A DNA stretch of 64,000 nucleotides from Octopus sinensis (GCF_006345805.1 NC_043002.1:30690001-30754000); one strand, 5' to 3'. Shown: positions 42,128 to 55,764, numbered from the stretch's first letter. Notes: generated by a model from the letters alone, not told the origin. Translations and numbers: made by a program.

Positions 42128-43200
42128 GAAGACAACGAAGATCCCCACAAAGTAAAAAGCGAAAAAGGCATAGGAAACAAAAGTCAAAAGAGCCTACATC
42201 AACACCCAAAAACAAAGAAATACCCAGCACATCGAACATAGACACAGTACAAACAACACCAGCACCACCATCATCTCCACAACCACCACTCTCCCAATCA
42301 TATCCACCATGTAGCCTCCAAAAGAAAGCTCACTCTCACCAACACGGAAAATACCAAATTATATACTCGTGAGGAGAGCCAGCAAAAATTTATTGGCACT
42401 CATAGCGAAAAGCAAGCAAACTGAGAGAGAGTGTGTGCAATTTATGATACCACCACCCTTAGGATTCGGGATCATATAATGTTAATACGGTTACCCCTCA
42501 AAGTATAGAAAGAAATTCAGAGAGATTTCACGCATGGCGTGGGAAGGCATGTAGATAGAAGAAGTATAAGTTGTTCACGTTTCAAAATGATCGGCTACAT
42601 GGACCATAAATTTGTGATCTGTACGGTCGACATACATAGGATACATAGACAGGGCCCCGAATAGTGGAAGATGAACGCGTCCTTCCCGGTGCGCCAAGCG
42701 TTCAGAGACTGGGTTAGCAAGTTAGTCCATCGAGATGAAGCAGATGCAATCGTCAACAGCTGTTGGTAGATAGCCATGAAAAGCGCTATTAGAGTAGAGG
42801 TGGTATGTTTTAGCAAGGTAATAGCGTTAGAAGAATCTAGGATAGAGGGGGACTTAGGAAGCTAGAAAAGACGCTTATGAAAGGCATAGCGACCAACGTG
42901 CTGGTGAGGAGATTGACCCTTGATCAATTCTTCAAGGCCAAGTACAAAGGATGCGCTGTCAGAGCTAGGGTGTGTGCATTGAGATGGGAGGGGACGAAAG
43001 TGATTCGTGAAACAAAGCAACAATTCAGTCTTTGGCGAGCTGTGATGGACACATGATAACCGATTCCGAGTAGGTTTGTGCGGAATTTCAGCGGTTCTTC
43101 GCTGAAATGTATGGGGCATGCAGTGGTTCTGGGACGGTGGTGGTTTTCACCTCCTATCTCAGTTGCATGCCGTGCCTCTCAGACAGGAATGCGAAGTTCT
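42128..43200 (+). pseudogene. Tx1/L1-type LINE fragment: basic Pro-rich ORF1-like stretch, then end of APE domain and linker
   Basis: DHKFVICTVDIHRIHRQGPE*WKMNAS (SDH / GPGYWKLN motifs), W*IAMKSAIR, KYKGCAVRAR at ~42600-43000. Upstream open frame QRRSPQSKKRKRHRKQKSKEP...PAPPSSPQPP (ORF1 assignment tentative). Confidence 0.75.
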
Positions 43201-43347
43201 GAGATTTTCTCGACTAAAGGCGGTGTTCCAGCATGGCCGCAGACAACTGACTGAAACAAGTAAAAGTATAAAAGAATCGATTAAATTATATTTACTTAAA
43301 TATATATATAAACATCGGCTTCTTTCACTTTCCGTCTACCCAATATA

Positions 43348-43398
<51 letters not shown>

Positions 43399-43672
43399 GT
43401 GTGTGTATGAGTGTATATATATGTATGTATGTATTTATGTATGTTCCTATGTATGCATTTATGCATGTATGTATGTACTCATATACACACACTTTTATAA
43501 CTGCACCCGACCACCAACGCATCCCAATATTTCGCATATGTTACCATACCCCACCATCTATGATTGCTCCTCTGCTAAACACTATACTGCTGTCTGCACC
43601 ACTGTCATTATTTCTTACACCACCACATCACTACTACTACTACTAATATTTCTACTACTACAACTATTCCTT

Positions 43673-43737
<65 letters not shown>

Positions 43738-43778
43738 GCTGCTGCTACTACTCTTACTACTACTACTTTTACTACTAT

Positions 43779-43813
<35 letters not shown>

Positions 43814-44241
43814 ACAATTCTACTACTACAACCAATTCTGCTGCTGCTACTACTATTACTGCCACTACTACCTTCATCATCATCGTCATCTTCCAACCCT
43901 CACCCCCACCAGAAAATGCACCAATATCATCCGAGCAATTTCTACAATCATCACACTCCTAAACCCACCAGCCACATCACCATCACCGCCATCATCAACT
44001 GCAATATCAACATTAGCAATGTACCCATAACCCTAAACCACCCACACCAACATCTTCACAAGCCTTGCTTTCTGTAGCTTGATGGTGTTTTTTTTTTTTG
44101 TATTTTCTAATATTTTTTTCTCATTTTCCTCTCCCCGACCTCACTACGCAATGACATCAGCTTTTTCTTTCAACCATTGTCAATGCTTTTGTTTTTAAAT
44201 TTCCAAACGAAATCATCTTTAAAAAAATATTACTACTACTG

Positions 44242-44321
<80 letters not shown>

Positions 44322-44335
44322 TAATAATAATAATA

Positions 44336-44380
<45 letters not shown>

Positions 44381-44389
44381 TAATGATAA

Positions 44390-44421
<32 letters not shown>

Positions 44422-45048
44422 AGAAGAACAGCAATAACGATAATGGTAATAGTGATGTTGATGACGACGACGATGATGATGATGGTGATGATTTAAATAT
44501 AATAATGTTTCTATTGTTGGTGATCTTTTATGTAAATAGATAAATATAAATGAATAAATGATACTAATAATAATGACGACGACGATGTTGTTGTTGTTGA
44601 TGATGATGATGACGATGAAGATGATGATGACAATGAAGATGATGATGACGATGATGATGATGATGATGATGATGATGACGGTGAGGGTTGTGGTGGTGGT
44701 GGTGGTGGTGCTAGCGTTGGTGCTAATAACGGCGGTATTAAAAATAATAGGAATATCAACAACAGTACAAAAATAATGATAATAGGCAATACTCAAAGAG
44801 TCAAACGCATATACGAACATACATGCATACACGGCATATGTATGCATACAAACATGCATACATAGAAGAGAATCACCGGGGAAATACACAGGTATTCATA
44901 CACACACACATACACAAACAGATATGTAGGCTTACGCGTATTTATGTGAGTGTGTGCATGTGTGTACATGGAAATTGATATAAAGATGTAAAAGTTAAAA
45001 ATAATAAGATTAATGAATATCAAACAAGAAATAATAATAATAATAATG

Positions 45049-45117
<69 letters not shown>

Positions 45118-45131
45118 TAATAATAGTAGTA

Positions 45132-45164
<33 letters not shown>

Positions 45165-45191
45165 TAATAATAATAATTATTATTATTATTA

Positions 45192-45235
<44 letters not shown>

Positions 45236-45376
45236 GCATTATTATTATACAGAGCGTATAGGAGACAAAGAAATTTGATTTGAAACAAAACATTTTGGAA
45301 AAGATTAAAAATTACAAATAGAGAAATAGCGATTAAAAAATTTTAAATTAGAAAAGCGTGCAAGAGAGAGAGAGAG

Positions 45377-45418
<42 letters not shown>

Positions 45419-45491
45419 AGCAGGAAGAGTGAGAGAGGGAGAAGGAGCAGGAAGAGAGAGATTTCAATGTATAACAATAATAACAGTAATG

Positions 45492-45558
<67 letters not shown>

Positions 45559-46876
45559 GGAAGCAAACAAATTTGTAAAAAGTATGATATAAAAAAGAAA
45601 TTAAAAAATAAAATTAGGAGAATAGTCAAACTGGAGATTTCTGTTTCATTTCCTAATTGAAAATCTTAAAATATCATTTGAGAGAAAATTAGAGTTTTAG
45701 TATAAATAAACAAATCAATCAATAAGTATATATTGAAAATTTTTCAGAAAAATAATTAATTAAATTTAAACAAATAAATAAATAAATATATTGTGAAGGG
45801 TTTGCAACAGAAATTTGCGGGTAAAAAAAATAAAGAAAAAATTAAGATTTAGCTTAAAAACATTGATGACGGATGGCAGAGTAATATTTGAAAAAAAAAA
45901 TGAAAAGAAAAAATTTACCCTGTAGATTGCTTTAATGGATGTTTCTTTTTACTTGTTTTGTTACTGTTGTCGATGATGATGATTGTTTTTTGCAGGCAGG
46001 TTAAATTTGTTTTGCAGGCAGTTGAAATCCGCCGTGAAAAATAACATTTTCTGCTAGGTTCACGTATGAAGTGGAAAGTGAGTATTCTAAATAGAAATTG
46101 AATAAACTGTGGCAAATCATGGGTAGTCAGATTCGAAAAACGTAGTTTGCCGGTGACAATGGAGAATACATTACGTAGTTGCACGACCTTCCAGCACATA
46201 GTAGCCAAATTTAATCACTACTTTAAAAAGGGTAAAAAAAAAACCCAAACAATTTGATTGGTTTGACTATGGATACAATATGCTTGGATTAAATAGAGTC
46301 TGCAGGTGCAATCCCTTTCATTACAGGTCTGTTTGGTCATAATTAATCTGGATCGAAATAAAGAAAAAAATGTAAAGAAGCAAGAAGAGTAACCCTTCAT
46401 TCCAAAAATTTGGTAGTCACAGGCAGATTAGTCGATATCACATCCTATCAGGAACGATGCAGTTTGATCATGACGAAAACATTTGTATTATTTATAATTA
46501 TAATACATCAACGTATGTTTGAATGTCCGTTCCAGGTTATAAACCATAGTGTAATGTTCCACCTTGGAGGTTGAAATCTGGAAAACAAGCATTTTGTATC
46601 AAAGAGAAGTTCAACGGTTAAGTGACTTTTAAGTGCATTTTTATGAAGTTAAATGTGAACGGCTTTCTCAATATCTTGGATGCACATCTTTAGCCAGTTT
46701 GACTCAGTAATAAAGAAATCATACCAAGATACGTTCTTATGGGTGTACATGCCTAATCATTCAAGTTAGCTGCAAGAAGGCCAGCCAGTCAATATAGATT
46801 CCGCTCCGGATTAATTTTTATCAGTGTTGTATTGAAATGATTCTTTTTTCTTTTCTTTTCTTTTTCTTTTGCTCAG

Positions 46877-46945
46877 GGACGCACAGTTGGAGACAATGTA
46901 GACTCCGAGATACAAGCCTTACAGAATATAGTTTGTGCAACCTAG
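46877..46945 (+). CDS. Candidate terminal coding exon (GRTVGDNVDSEIQALQNIVCAT*)
   Basis: Long polypyrimidine tract + CAG acceptor at 46874-46876, open frame to TAG, AATAAA at 47011; no homology recognised. Confidence 0.3.
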   Translation, partial: GRTVGDNVDSEIQALQNIVCAT

Positions 46946-48106
46946 TTCCTACTTTCTAGAATTTCAGTTTGGTTAGTGGTGACTTAGTAATTCATCTTTT
47001 CTCAGCCCATAATAAAGTGTTGTTTACTCATCTTATCACAAATCAGCGCCGCACATTTTCTGAATGAATGAGATAACAAAATATCAAAGATAAATTCATT
47101 GTAATTGTATAATTTAAAAACGTCCTGAGATTAAATATGAAGAGAGAAGGCATTTATAATGCAAAAATGTATAGGTGTATACATATACAAACACATATCT
47201 ATATTCAGAAATTGAATAGTTAAGATTCATTACAATCTAGGTACATCGACACGTAAGAAGCGAAAATGGTTAGTTACAATAACAGGGTTCAAATGAGCTA
47301 AAGCAACCATGAAGGTATCATCTTTTGGTAGGCTACTAGAGATATATATAATAACCAAATCCAGTTTAAACCGTAGATTCGACAGAGGGCTGGTCCAAGA
47401 TCTAGCGTAGATATAAATAGATAACCCGAATATATTATTTCAAAGATTACACTATACAGTTTTAAAGAGGTATAAACAGGGAAGATGAAGACAATTTATG
47501 CTATAAAATAATTAAGATAACTGCTTTGAAATAGTAGAGTCATTTGATCTCTTTGGTTCTTGTATGACCGCTATAGCAACTGATATTGTTTCTATCCATC
47601 CAAATGTTATTCTTTAAAATACCACCTATCCAATATGCTGGTGAGCTGGCAGAATATGTACCATATGTACCATGTTCTTGTACATATACCAGAATATGGT
47701 ACATGTAATGTATTAGCAGACGCTCAAGAAAGGAAAAAAGATGGTTTAACCTTTCGAGCAGACGCTCTGCTTCGTAAACAGAGGGAAGTCCAAAAGAAGG
47801 GAAGCCGGAGGAAGAAAATCACCAACATACATGACGGGTTTCTTTCAGTTTCTGTCTACCAAATCCATTAATAAGGCTTTACCTGGACAGAGGGTATTAT
47901 AAAATACACTTGCCCAATGTAAGAGGCAGTGAGACTGAACCCGAAACAGTGTGATTGGGAAGCAAATTTCTTCACATAGCCACGCTTTCATATACTTTTT
48001 AGGTATTTTCTACCCGCTTCTCTATGTTCACAATACACAACACACACACGCAAGCACTCATGCTCTCAAATACCTATATAGTATATATATATATATATAT
48101 ATCTAT

Positions 48107-48165
<59 letters not shown>

Positions 48166-48326
48166 CTATATATATATATATACACTACATACATATAAGA
48201 CATGTACTATAAACGTACATATATTGAAATAAACCAAATATCATTTTGTGTAAACTCGTAAGTTTCGCTGTTATTGCCCTTCTTCTTCTTCTTCTTCTTC
48301 TTCTTCTTCTTCTTCTTCTTCTTCTT

Positions 48327-48766
48327 CTTTTACTTTTCCTTGTTGTTGTTGCCGTTGGTAGTGTTCAAAAATGGCACCACAAATTGAAGTTTCCTTCTTC
48401 TTCTTTTCCTTCCTCTTTTTCTTCTTCTTCTTCTTCTTCTTCTTCTTCTTCTACTTCTTCTTCCCCCTCCTCCTCCTTCTTCTCCTTCTCTCCTCCTCCT
48501 CCTCCTCCTCCTCCTCCTCCTCCTCCACTTCCTCCTCCTTCGTCTTTCTTTTTCTTCTACCTTTACTTGCTGCTGTTGCACTTGGTGGTTTTCAAAAATG
48601 GCACCACAAACTTGAAGTTTCGTTGTTGTTGTTGTTGTTGTTCTCCTCCTCCTCCTCCTTCTTTTTCTTCTCCTACTCATTCGTCTTCTTCGTTTTTCTT
48701 TTACTTTATCTTGTTGCTGTTGCCGTTGTTGATGTTCAAAAATGGCACCACAAACTTGAAGTTTCC
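48327..48766 (+). repeat. Three-unit minisatellite with a conserved 30-bp core and variable TTC/CCT/GTT spacers
   Basis: TTCAAAAATGGCACCACAAA(C)TTGAAGTTTC at 48364, 48591 and 48735. Confidence 0.92.
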
Positions 48767-48951
48767 TTGTTGTTGTTGTTGTTGACGTTGTTCTTGTCAT
48801 TTTCAAGGTTCTTCATTTTGTTGTTTCCTTTCTCTTTCCTTCTTCCTTTCGATTTTGCCTTTCTCATCGTTGATAGTTAATACTGCTGGTGGAGATGGTG
48901 GTGCTGCTACGTGGGGCGGGGATACTGGCGTTCAGCTTGTGGCTCATTCCG

Positions 48952-48983
<32 letters not shown>

Positions 48984-49724
48984 CATTGTGTAGCTGTTGT
49001 AGTGGTTGTTGTTGTTCTTGCCGGTGGAGCTGATGCAGTAAGTTTCAGAGGAGTTGTAAATGCTTTTAGCTTTAAGTGGCAACTGAAGTTTCCTCAACAA
49101 TTGTAAAAGCCACGGATTTTATATTAGTTCATCATTTTACCTTTCTTTCTTTTTCTTTTTTTTTTTAGAATTTTCTGCAATCGCTCATGCAGTCAGTCAA
49201 CTTATACTGTTTCGTTGATTCGGACCCCTAACAAACGAAATAAATCGATTCTTAGAGTTTTTGGTCAAGGTTAAGCCAATTACAGAAATGACGCGTATAT
49301 TCGGAAATAGCTTTTTAACAATCGCGTTTTGTACACGCTAATGACTTGCGATTGATGTTGTTTTTGTTGTTGTTGTTGTTGGTGGTGGTGGTATATTTGG
49401 AAGTCATAGATAAATGGAAATACCAGTAAAATATTGGAATTTTTCTTCTTCTTCACCTCCCCCTCCTCCTCCTCCTCCTCCTTCTTTTTCTTCTTCTTCT
49501 TCTTCTTCTTATTTGCGATGCCGGAGTCATCATCGTACCGTTATGGAAAATTCTTAGAGTTGAAGAGGTATTGGACACTGTTTGTTAGGGACGTATTGTG
49601 GGAGCTAATCTCTTTGCAGAGACCACAATAAGGATGGCCAGGATTGGGTGCCTAGTGGCAGGCGTCCAGTTATCGTGTATCAGCCAAATTTCACCTCCAC
49701 GATATAGTTTTCGTGATTTTTCAA

Positions 49725-50145
49725 TCACTAATGTCGCAAATAGCAAGCAGTCTCGTTAGAAAATAACTTTTAGTGACGGAAGCGGAATTAGTTTCAAAAG
49801 GCAAACTTTATGTCCCTGTTAATGCGGATATTTTGTTAGAAACGCCAAATATTTCGGTATTAGTCATGAGAGGTCTTTTCATATAGATACATACGAGTAG
49901 ATCGCCTAAATTTAGGCGATCTAACAGCTCCAGCTTCCATAACAATCTGCTACGGTAATATGTCTGTGCTTTTATGCACCATGCGTGTATATGAGAGGAA
50001 CTCTCAAACGAATACAATTTTTTTTTGCATTCTAACAAGGGATCCACGTTAAGTAGGACACAAGATCGCCTTTTGATACTAATACTGCTTCCGTCGCTAA
50101 TAATTATATTCCAATATGCCTGCTAACTATTTGCTAAATCAGTGA
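49725..50145. mobile_element. ~420-bp fold-back (imperfect palindrome) element
   Basis: Arms align over ~160 bp, e.g. TAGTGACGGAAGCGGAATTAGTTTCAAAAGGC versus reverse complement TAGCGACGGAAGCAGTATTAGTATCAAAAGGC. Perfect internal 26-bp palindrome at 49898-49923. Confidence 0.8.
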
Positions 50146-50202
50146 CCTAAAAGACACAGAAATTCTAAATATCGTTGGATACTATGCAGGGACCTGACAC
50201 TC

Positions 50203-50244
50203 GCCACTGAGGAAGTCTAGCAGAATGAAATCACATGATTTGAC
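50203..50244 (+). ncRNA. Minimal type I hammerhead candidate
   Basis: GCCA-CTGAGGA-AGTCT-AGC-AGAAT-GAAA-TC-ACAT-GA-TT-TGAC. Helix III AATCACATGATT is one CpG transition from a perfect palindrome; one mismatch each in helices I and II. Confidence 0.55.
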
Positions 50245-50575
50245 CGTTTTGCTGCTACTATTTATGTCTCTGCTGTTATGTACCATTCATCTATATGAGA
50301 TGGTCTCCTACAGCGTATAACGCATTATTCGGCGTTCTAAGAAGTCATCCACGACAAGTTAGATATTGCATTTCATACTGGTTCCCTTGCTACTAGCTAA
50401 ATTTTGAATTCTATATATATAAGTAAAAAAAACTCTTGTAAATAGTGTTATGCATGCTTTTAGGCGAATATGAGTGTAAATGTCAGTGCATTTATGTAGG
50501 TATTTATGCATATGTTTCCGACTACAAAAACAATTAGAATGGATGCATTGAAGAACACACACACATATATACATA

Positions 50576-50641
<66 letters not shown>

Positions 50642-51649
50642 TAAATTTACGTGTGTGCATGTACATACAAATGCATACATGTGTGTGTACGCATGTATGT
50701 ATATATAAATATATATGTATGCATGTAAGTTTGTATGTATGTATGTATGTATGTATCTCTCTCTCTCTCTCTCTCTCTGTAATATATATATTATATATAT
50801 ATTATTAATATATATATAGGGTGTGTGTGTGTTGTGGGTGTGTGTGTGTGTGTGTAATATAATTTTCTGAACCTTCAAATTTAATATGCTAGACCACTGG
50901 TTTTTAATTTGATATTGATCAAATTAATATTCAATTTATCACCCTCATTTAAAATTTTAGAATATATATATTTTGGACAATAAAACGAATGGTTTCCACC
51001 TGGTTGCTTACTGGTAAAACACGCCCACTTTCACAGTTATCGTTATGTATATGACAAATGAAAGATGGAAGATGGAAGATGGAATATATGTGAATTTATT
51101 ATTTTAATCACGACAATTGTTTCGACACATCTAGCATCGACCCGTGTTGGATGGGACGCTCAGCAACTGGTTCAGGACCATGCGGCAGTGCAGATCAAAT
51201 TTTGTTGGTTGAAAAAATAGACACAGTTCGTTAAAAAACTGTTCCGTAATGTAACTTCTCGTTTTGTAGAAAGAAAAGCAGCCAGACGGATAAAATATCA
51301 TCATTTACAAAGAAGAACAAAAATAAAATCACAGATGGAAATAATAAAAAAAAAACACACAATACAACGAGAAAATATTAAAGATAACCATTAACAGATA
51401 TGGATGTATAAACGCCCACAGGCAATCTGCATGGTGCGAGTGCAGTCGCTCATGCAAGCATCTGCGATAATATGAGCATACGTACACTTGAGGTTTGCTG
51501 CATTCTTGATGACAAAGCGAGTTATCTATTTAGTGTTTGTAAGCACGGGGCAGTTAAAAGTAAATTTTCAGTCAACGATACCTTAAAGTAAATTAAGTTA
51601 ACATTTACTGAAAATTCATTCCCACTGCATTGTGTGAAAGTACATTTAT

Positions 51650-52025
51650 ATGTGTGTAGGCATCTCGAGAGTCTTAGAAATTCTATCAATGATCTCCTCA
51701 TTAGACCACAGAATAGACAAGGATTCTCCGGAACAGCGACGGCATCTCCTGGAAGTTATATTGAATGGTTTTGCGTGACTTACTATGGACCAAGTTATGC
51801 TGTACAACATTTTATCCCCCTTCAGTCGTCATACAAAATCGGCCAAAGATGTTGAATGTATCTTATTGATTGTCTTAAAGCTGGCGACATGTTTGCGATA
51901 ACGATTCTTGAATGAATCAACCATCTGTCCAATGTAAACATAAGGCCCTCCCCTTGTGTGCTCGTACATTTATATACAAGATATGTACTCATACAGAGAT
52001 TCATCATTGTACATTTTCTCTGCAT
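51650..52025 (-). pseudogene. Penelope-like element GIY-YIG endonuclease remnant
   Basis: LVYKCTST...(frameshift)YVYIGQMVDSFKNRYRKHVASFK...STSLADFV*RLK...YSITWSIVSHAKPFNITSRRCRRC matches the PLE GIY-YIG pattern (VYx..YIG..FKxRYxxH..SF..W.I..C..C). Confidence 0.85.
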
Positions 52026-52177
52026 GATTTTTTATCATATTTATTTGTTTATATCGTAATTATGTGTATTTCTTTATAAATATATATAGTTGAAATTTAC
52101 AAAAAATCAAAAGACGAGAACAGGTGTATAAACCAGAAGCAGGTATATTAGTTTCACGCTCGCAAAGGTGAGAAAGT

Positions 52178-52213
52178 CTTTTACGTTTCGAGCCTAAGCT
52201 CTTCAACAGAAAG
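52178..52213 (-). ncRNA. Hammerhead-like motif, A6U core variant
   Basis: CTTT-CTGTTGA-A-GAGC-TTAG-GCTC-GAAAC-GTA-AAAG; helices I and II perfect. Confidence 0.55.
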
Positions 52214-52244
52214 GAACATGAGGAAATAAACAGAGAGAAAGTAT

Positions 52245-52327
52245 AAAGTAAAAAGTAAAAGAGTCACAAGGAAGAGTAAGTACGCTTAGGCAGCTTACTC
52301 TTCCTTTTGACTCTTACTTTTTACTTT
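52245..52327. repeat. Near-perfect fold-back (~36-bp arms, 13-nt loop)
   Basis: AAAGTAAAAAGTAAAAGAGTCACAAGGAAGAGTAAG / CTTACTCTTCCTTTTGACTCTTACTTTTTACTTT. Confidence 0.92.
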
Positions 52328-52459
52328 TTATTTTCACACACGATAAATACCTCAGATTAGAATTGGTAGCATACCATAAGAATACTACCGGCTTTTTGGG
52401 AATTCTAAGGGTGAACGAGCTCTATTTGTACTCTTATACGTTCTTAAGAGAACACACCT

Positions 52460-52502
<43 letters not shown>

Positions 52503-52579
52503 ATATGTAATCTTCCTGGAGATTTCTCTGAATGAAAACAGTTTAGTCCTGTAGAAGCTCCTTCTATATAATAAATATT

Positions 52580-52614
<35 letters not shown>

Positions 52615-52617
52615 TAA

Positions 52618-53764
52618 GGTATGTTAGAAAAATACAACATGGACAAGAACGTATAACTCTTAGAAGACGATACAATAACCATGGACAGACATTCGAACCC
52701 CTCAGTCTTCAGTCAAGAACCGGATCATCGTAGTAATTTCGGCTGATAATCTTGAGATACTAGATCACGGCCCCCTCCAAGAAAAACTAAGCAACGAGCA
52801 TTAGAAAAACTAAGCTGGAAGCGTAGATTTCCTGGAAGAAGGATCGAATGCATACGAACACCAGGACAGCAAAAGGGACAGATATAAAAAAAAAACAAAA
52901 AACAATAATGGAATACAGAAACATGAAATACAGAAGCATTAACGGTGAAAACACAAGTGTCTTACGACTGATAACAAGCAAACACATTTTTTTCTCTGGC
53001 GCATTGGAAAAAGCCTTTATAGCGGCGGACGAAAAACAACGATGTTAACACGACGAGGGTCAGGAGCTGAAAGGCAGATTTCGGCCAACAGTTACGTGAC
53101 AGAGAAGAGGGAAAAGAAAAGAAAGAGAAGCAAAGGAAGAGAGAGAGAAGGGGGACAAAACGCAACAAAGAGAGAGAAGAGAGAGAAAGAAGGAATCAGA
53201 GAGGAGAAGGATGGGTGTCGAAGAATGACCTGTGAGTGCAGACGAGCCAAGACAAAGAAATAGAGGTAGTGAAGACTAGACCAAAGGATCAGAGGAAAGA
53301 GAAGATGAGTAGAGAAAAGAGAGAGAGAGGGGGACGATCAAGTAAAAATGAGAGAGAAGAGAGACAAACAGAGAGTCGTACCAATTATTAAGAATATGTG
53401 TTCACATTAATGATAAGGGGGGTACGGGGCGCCTGGATATATGTTAGGTATGTAGAAAAATACAACATGGACAAGAACGTATAACTCTTAGAAGACGATA
53501 CAATAAACATGGACAGGACATTCGAACCCCTCATCTTCAGTCAAGAACCGGATCATCGTATAATTTTCGGCTGATAATCTTGAGATTACTAGATCACACG
53601 GCCAGCCCTCCAAGAAAAACTAAGCAACGAGCATTAGAAAAACTAAGCTGGACGTAGATTTCCTGGAAGAAGGATCGAATGCATACGAACACCAGGACAG
53701 CAAAAGGGACAGATATAAAAAAAAAAACAAAAAACAATAATGGAATACAGAAACATGAAATACA
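52618..53764. repeat. ~315-bp direct repeats (52618-52932 and 53447-53764) around a GA-rich spacer
   Basis: Near-identical copies differing mainly by small indels; period ~830 bp. Confidence 0.92.
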
Positions 53765-54238
53765 ATATATATACAGGTATAATTTTAAGTGGGCTGTTAT
53801 GTAGATGTATGTATATGTGTGTATGCGTAAATATGTATATGTATACGTATATGTATATGCATATGTATGTAGGTAAATGGATATGAATGTAAACAGATAG
53901 ACATATAGACGGATAGGTACATATATATTAGGAGCAGACAAGCACATATACATACGCAAATGCACACTGAAACACGAGACCATATACACACACGCATGCG
54001 CACAAACAAACAAAAAGAACGCAGATCGGATAACGGACAAAGTCGATAACTATTGAGAAGTTAGCAAGACGCAACATAACTTTTAGAAGAAATAAATAAT
54101 GAGTGGAAACTTAACCGGTGAGTGTGTTAAATAATAAGGCACCAAAAGAGAATGACTCTCCCTAGACACAACACTATATACATACTCACCCACACACATA
54201 TATATATATATACACACATATATGAATGTATGTATATG

Positions 54239-54273
<35 letters not shown>

Positions 54274-54737
54274 GAATGTATGTATATATATATATATATA
54301 TATATAAATATATATGTATGTATATATATATATACTTAGGTGTAAATATATTTGCCCAGACATATACATATGTCTATATATACGTACGTTGATACCTATG
54401 TATATAGATAGATACATACATAGATAGAGAGGGAGACGGTGAGGAACAGGCAATGAGAGAGAAAGAGAGAGGGAGAGAGAGATTTAAATATGCTATCGTG
54501 GTAGCCAGCTACTCTGTGACCCACAGAAAGGATGGACATTTAAGCTGATGCTGTCGACACGGACAAGAACTACAACTACTACTACTACTACTACTACTAC
54601 TACCACTACTACTACTACTACCACCACCACCACCACCACCACCACCACTATCACCACTACTACTACTACTAACGTTGCACTTGCTTCTGCCTTTACTGTT
54701 TCGGTTGATAAATACGGTAAAATGTGACGTTGCTTTT

Positions 54738-54768
<31 letters not shown>

Positions 54769-55351
54769 ATACTGCTGGATGTTGCTGCTACTGATATTGC
54801 AGGCAGGCATTGTTATTGGTGTAGATCACGTGGGCCGGGGAAACGACGGCTTTAACTTGCGAACAGATTGCGTAGGAAATGAGAAATCATCGCAGCAAGA
54901 AACACACGTTCCACTATAGCTATTTTTCCTACCGTAAATGCACTTGACTTATATTCTTCACCTTATTACTTACATTTCACTGTCTTTTTTTTTCTCCTTT
55001 ACCCGTCTCCTACTTTCCCCTATTATTATTTTTTTTTTTACATTCTTATTTTCCTTCCTGCTTTTTTTTTCTTACATTTTCATTCTTTTTGTTTTTATGA
55101 TTTCGTTTTTCTTCCCAGCTCGTCTTCGCTTTATCATTCAACCATTTCTTTCTTAAGTACGTTTTTTTTTTTAGTCTGTTTCTTTTCTTCGTATCTTTCT
55201 TTCTTTTTAGTTTTTTTGGTTCATTCATTTATTTAACCATTCAATCGTAATGCTATGTTCAGGAATCAAGGCTAGCTACATCCTTGTTCTCGTTCACGAC
55301 TCTCTTGTTACTGTTCTTGTTGTTATAGTTGTGGCCCTTCTTCATCTTCTT

Positions 55352-55409
<58 letters not shown>

Positions 55410-55568
55410 AATTTCATCTATCTTCATCATCGGCTTCCTACATTAATATATATATATATATACATATATATACATATACATATATATATACCTATATATA
55501 TATATACATATATATATACATATATATATATATATACATATATATGCATATACATATATATATATACC

Positions 55569-55606
<38 letters not shown>

Positions 55607-55660
55607 TGTATTTATATATGCATGTATGTATATATATATGCATATGTATATATATATATG

Positions 55661-55764
<104 letters not shown>

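Noticed and set aside
42755-42775. AACAGCTGTT palindrome resembling the hammerhead helix III
   Set aside because: Lies inside Tx1 ORF2 coding remnant; no GAAA or CUGANGA context.
48364-48765. CRISPR-like array
   Set aside because: Eukaryotic context, only three repeats, microsatellite spacers of very unequal length, no cas genes.
52695-52755. Permuted hammerhead in the 315-bp repeat (GAAA...CTGAAGA on minus)
   Set aside because: Cannot form helix I, and helix II needs a 2-nt bulge at the core.
54099-54123. ATG AGT GGA AAC TTA ACC G|GTGAGT possible first exon
   Set aside because: Only a donor consensus and six codons; expected by chance in 64 kb.
54779-54919. 46-aa ORF with a signal-peptide-like start (MLLLLILQAGIVIG)
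   Set aside because: The hydrophobic start derives from degenerate GCT/GTT repeats (similar text at ~48860); no splice or homology support.
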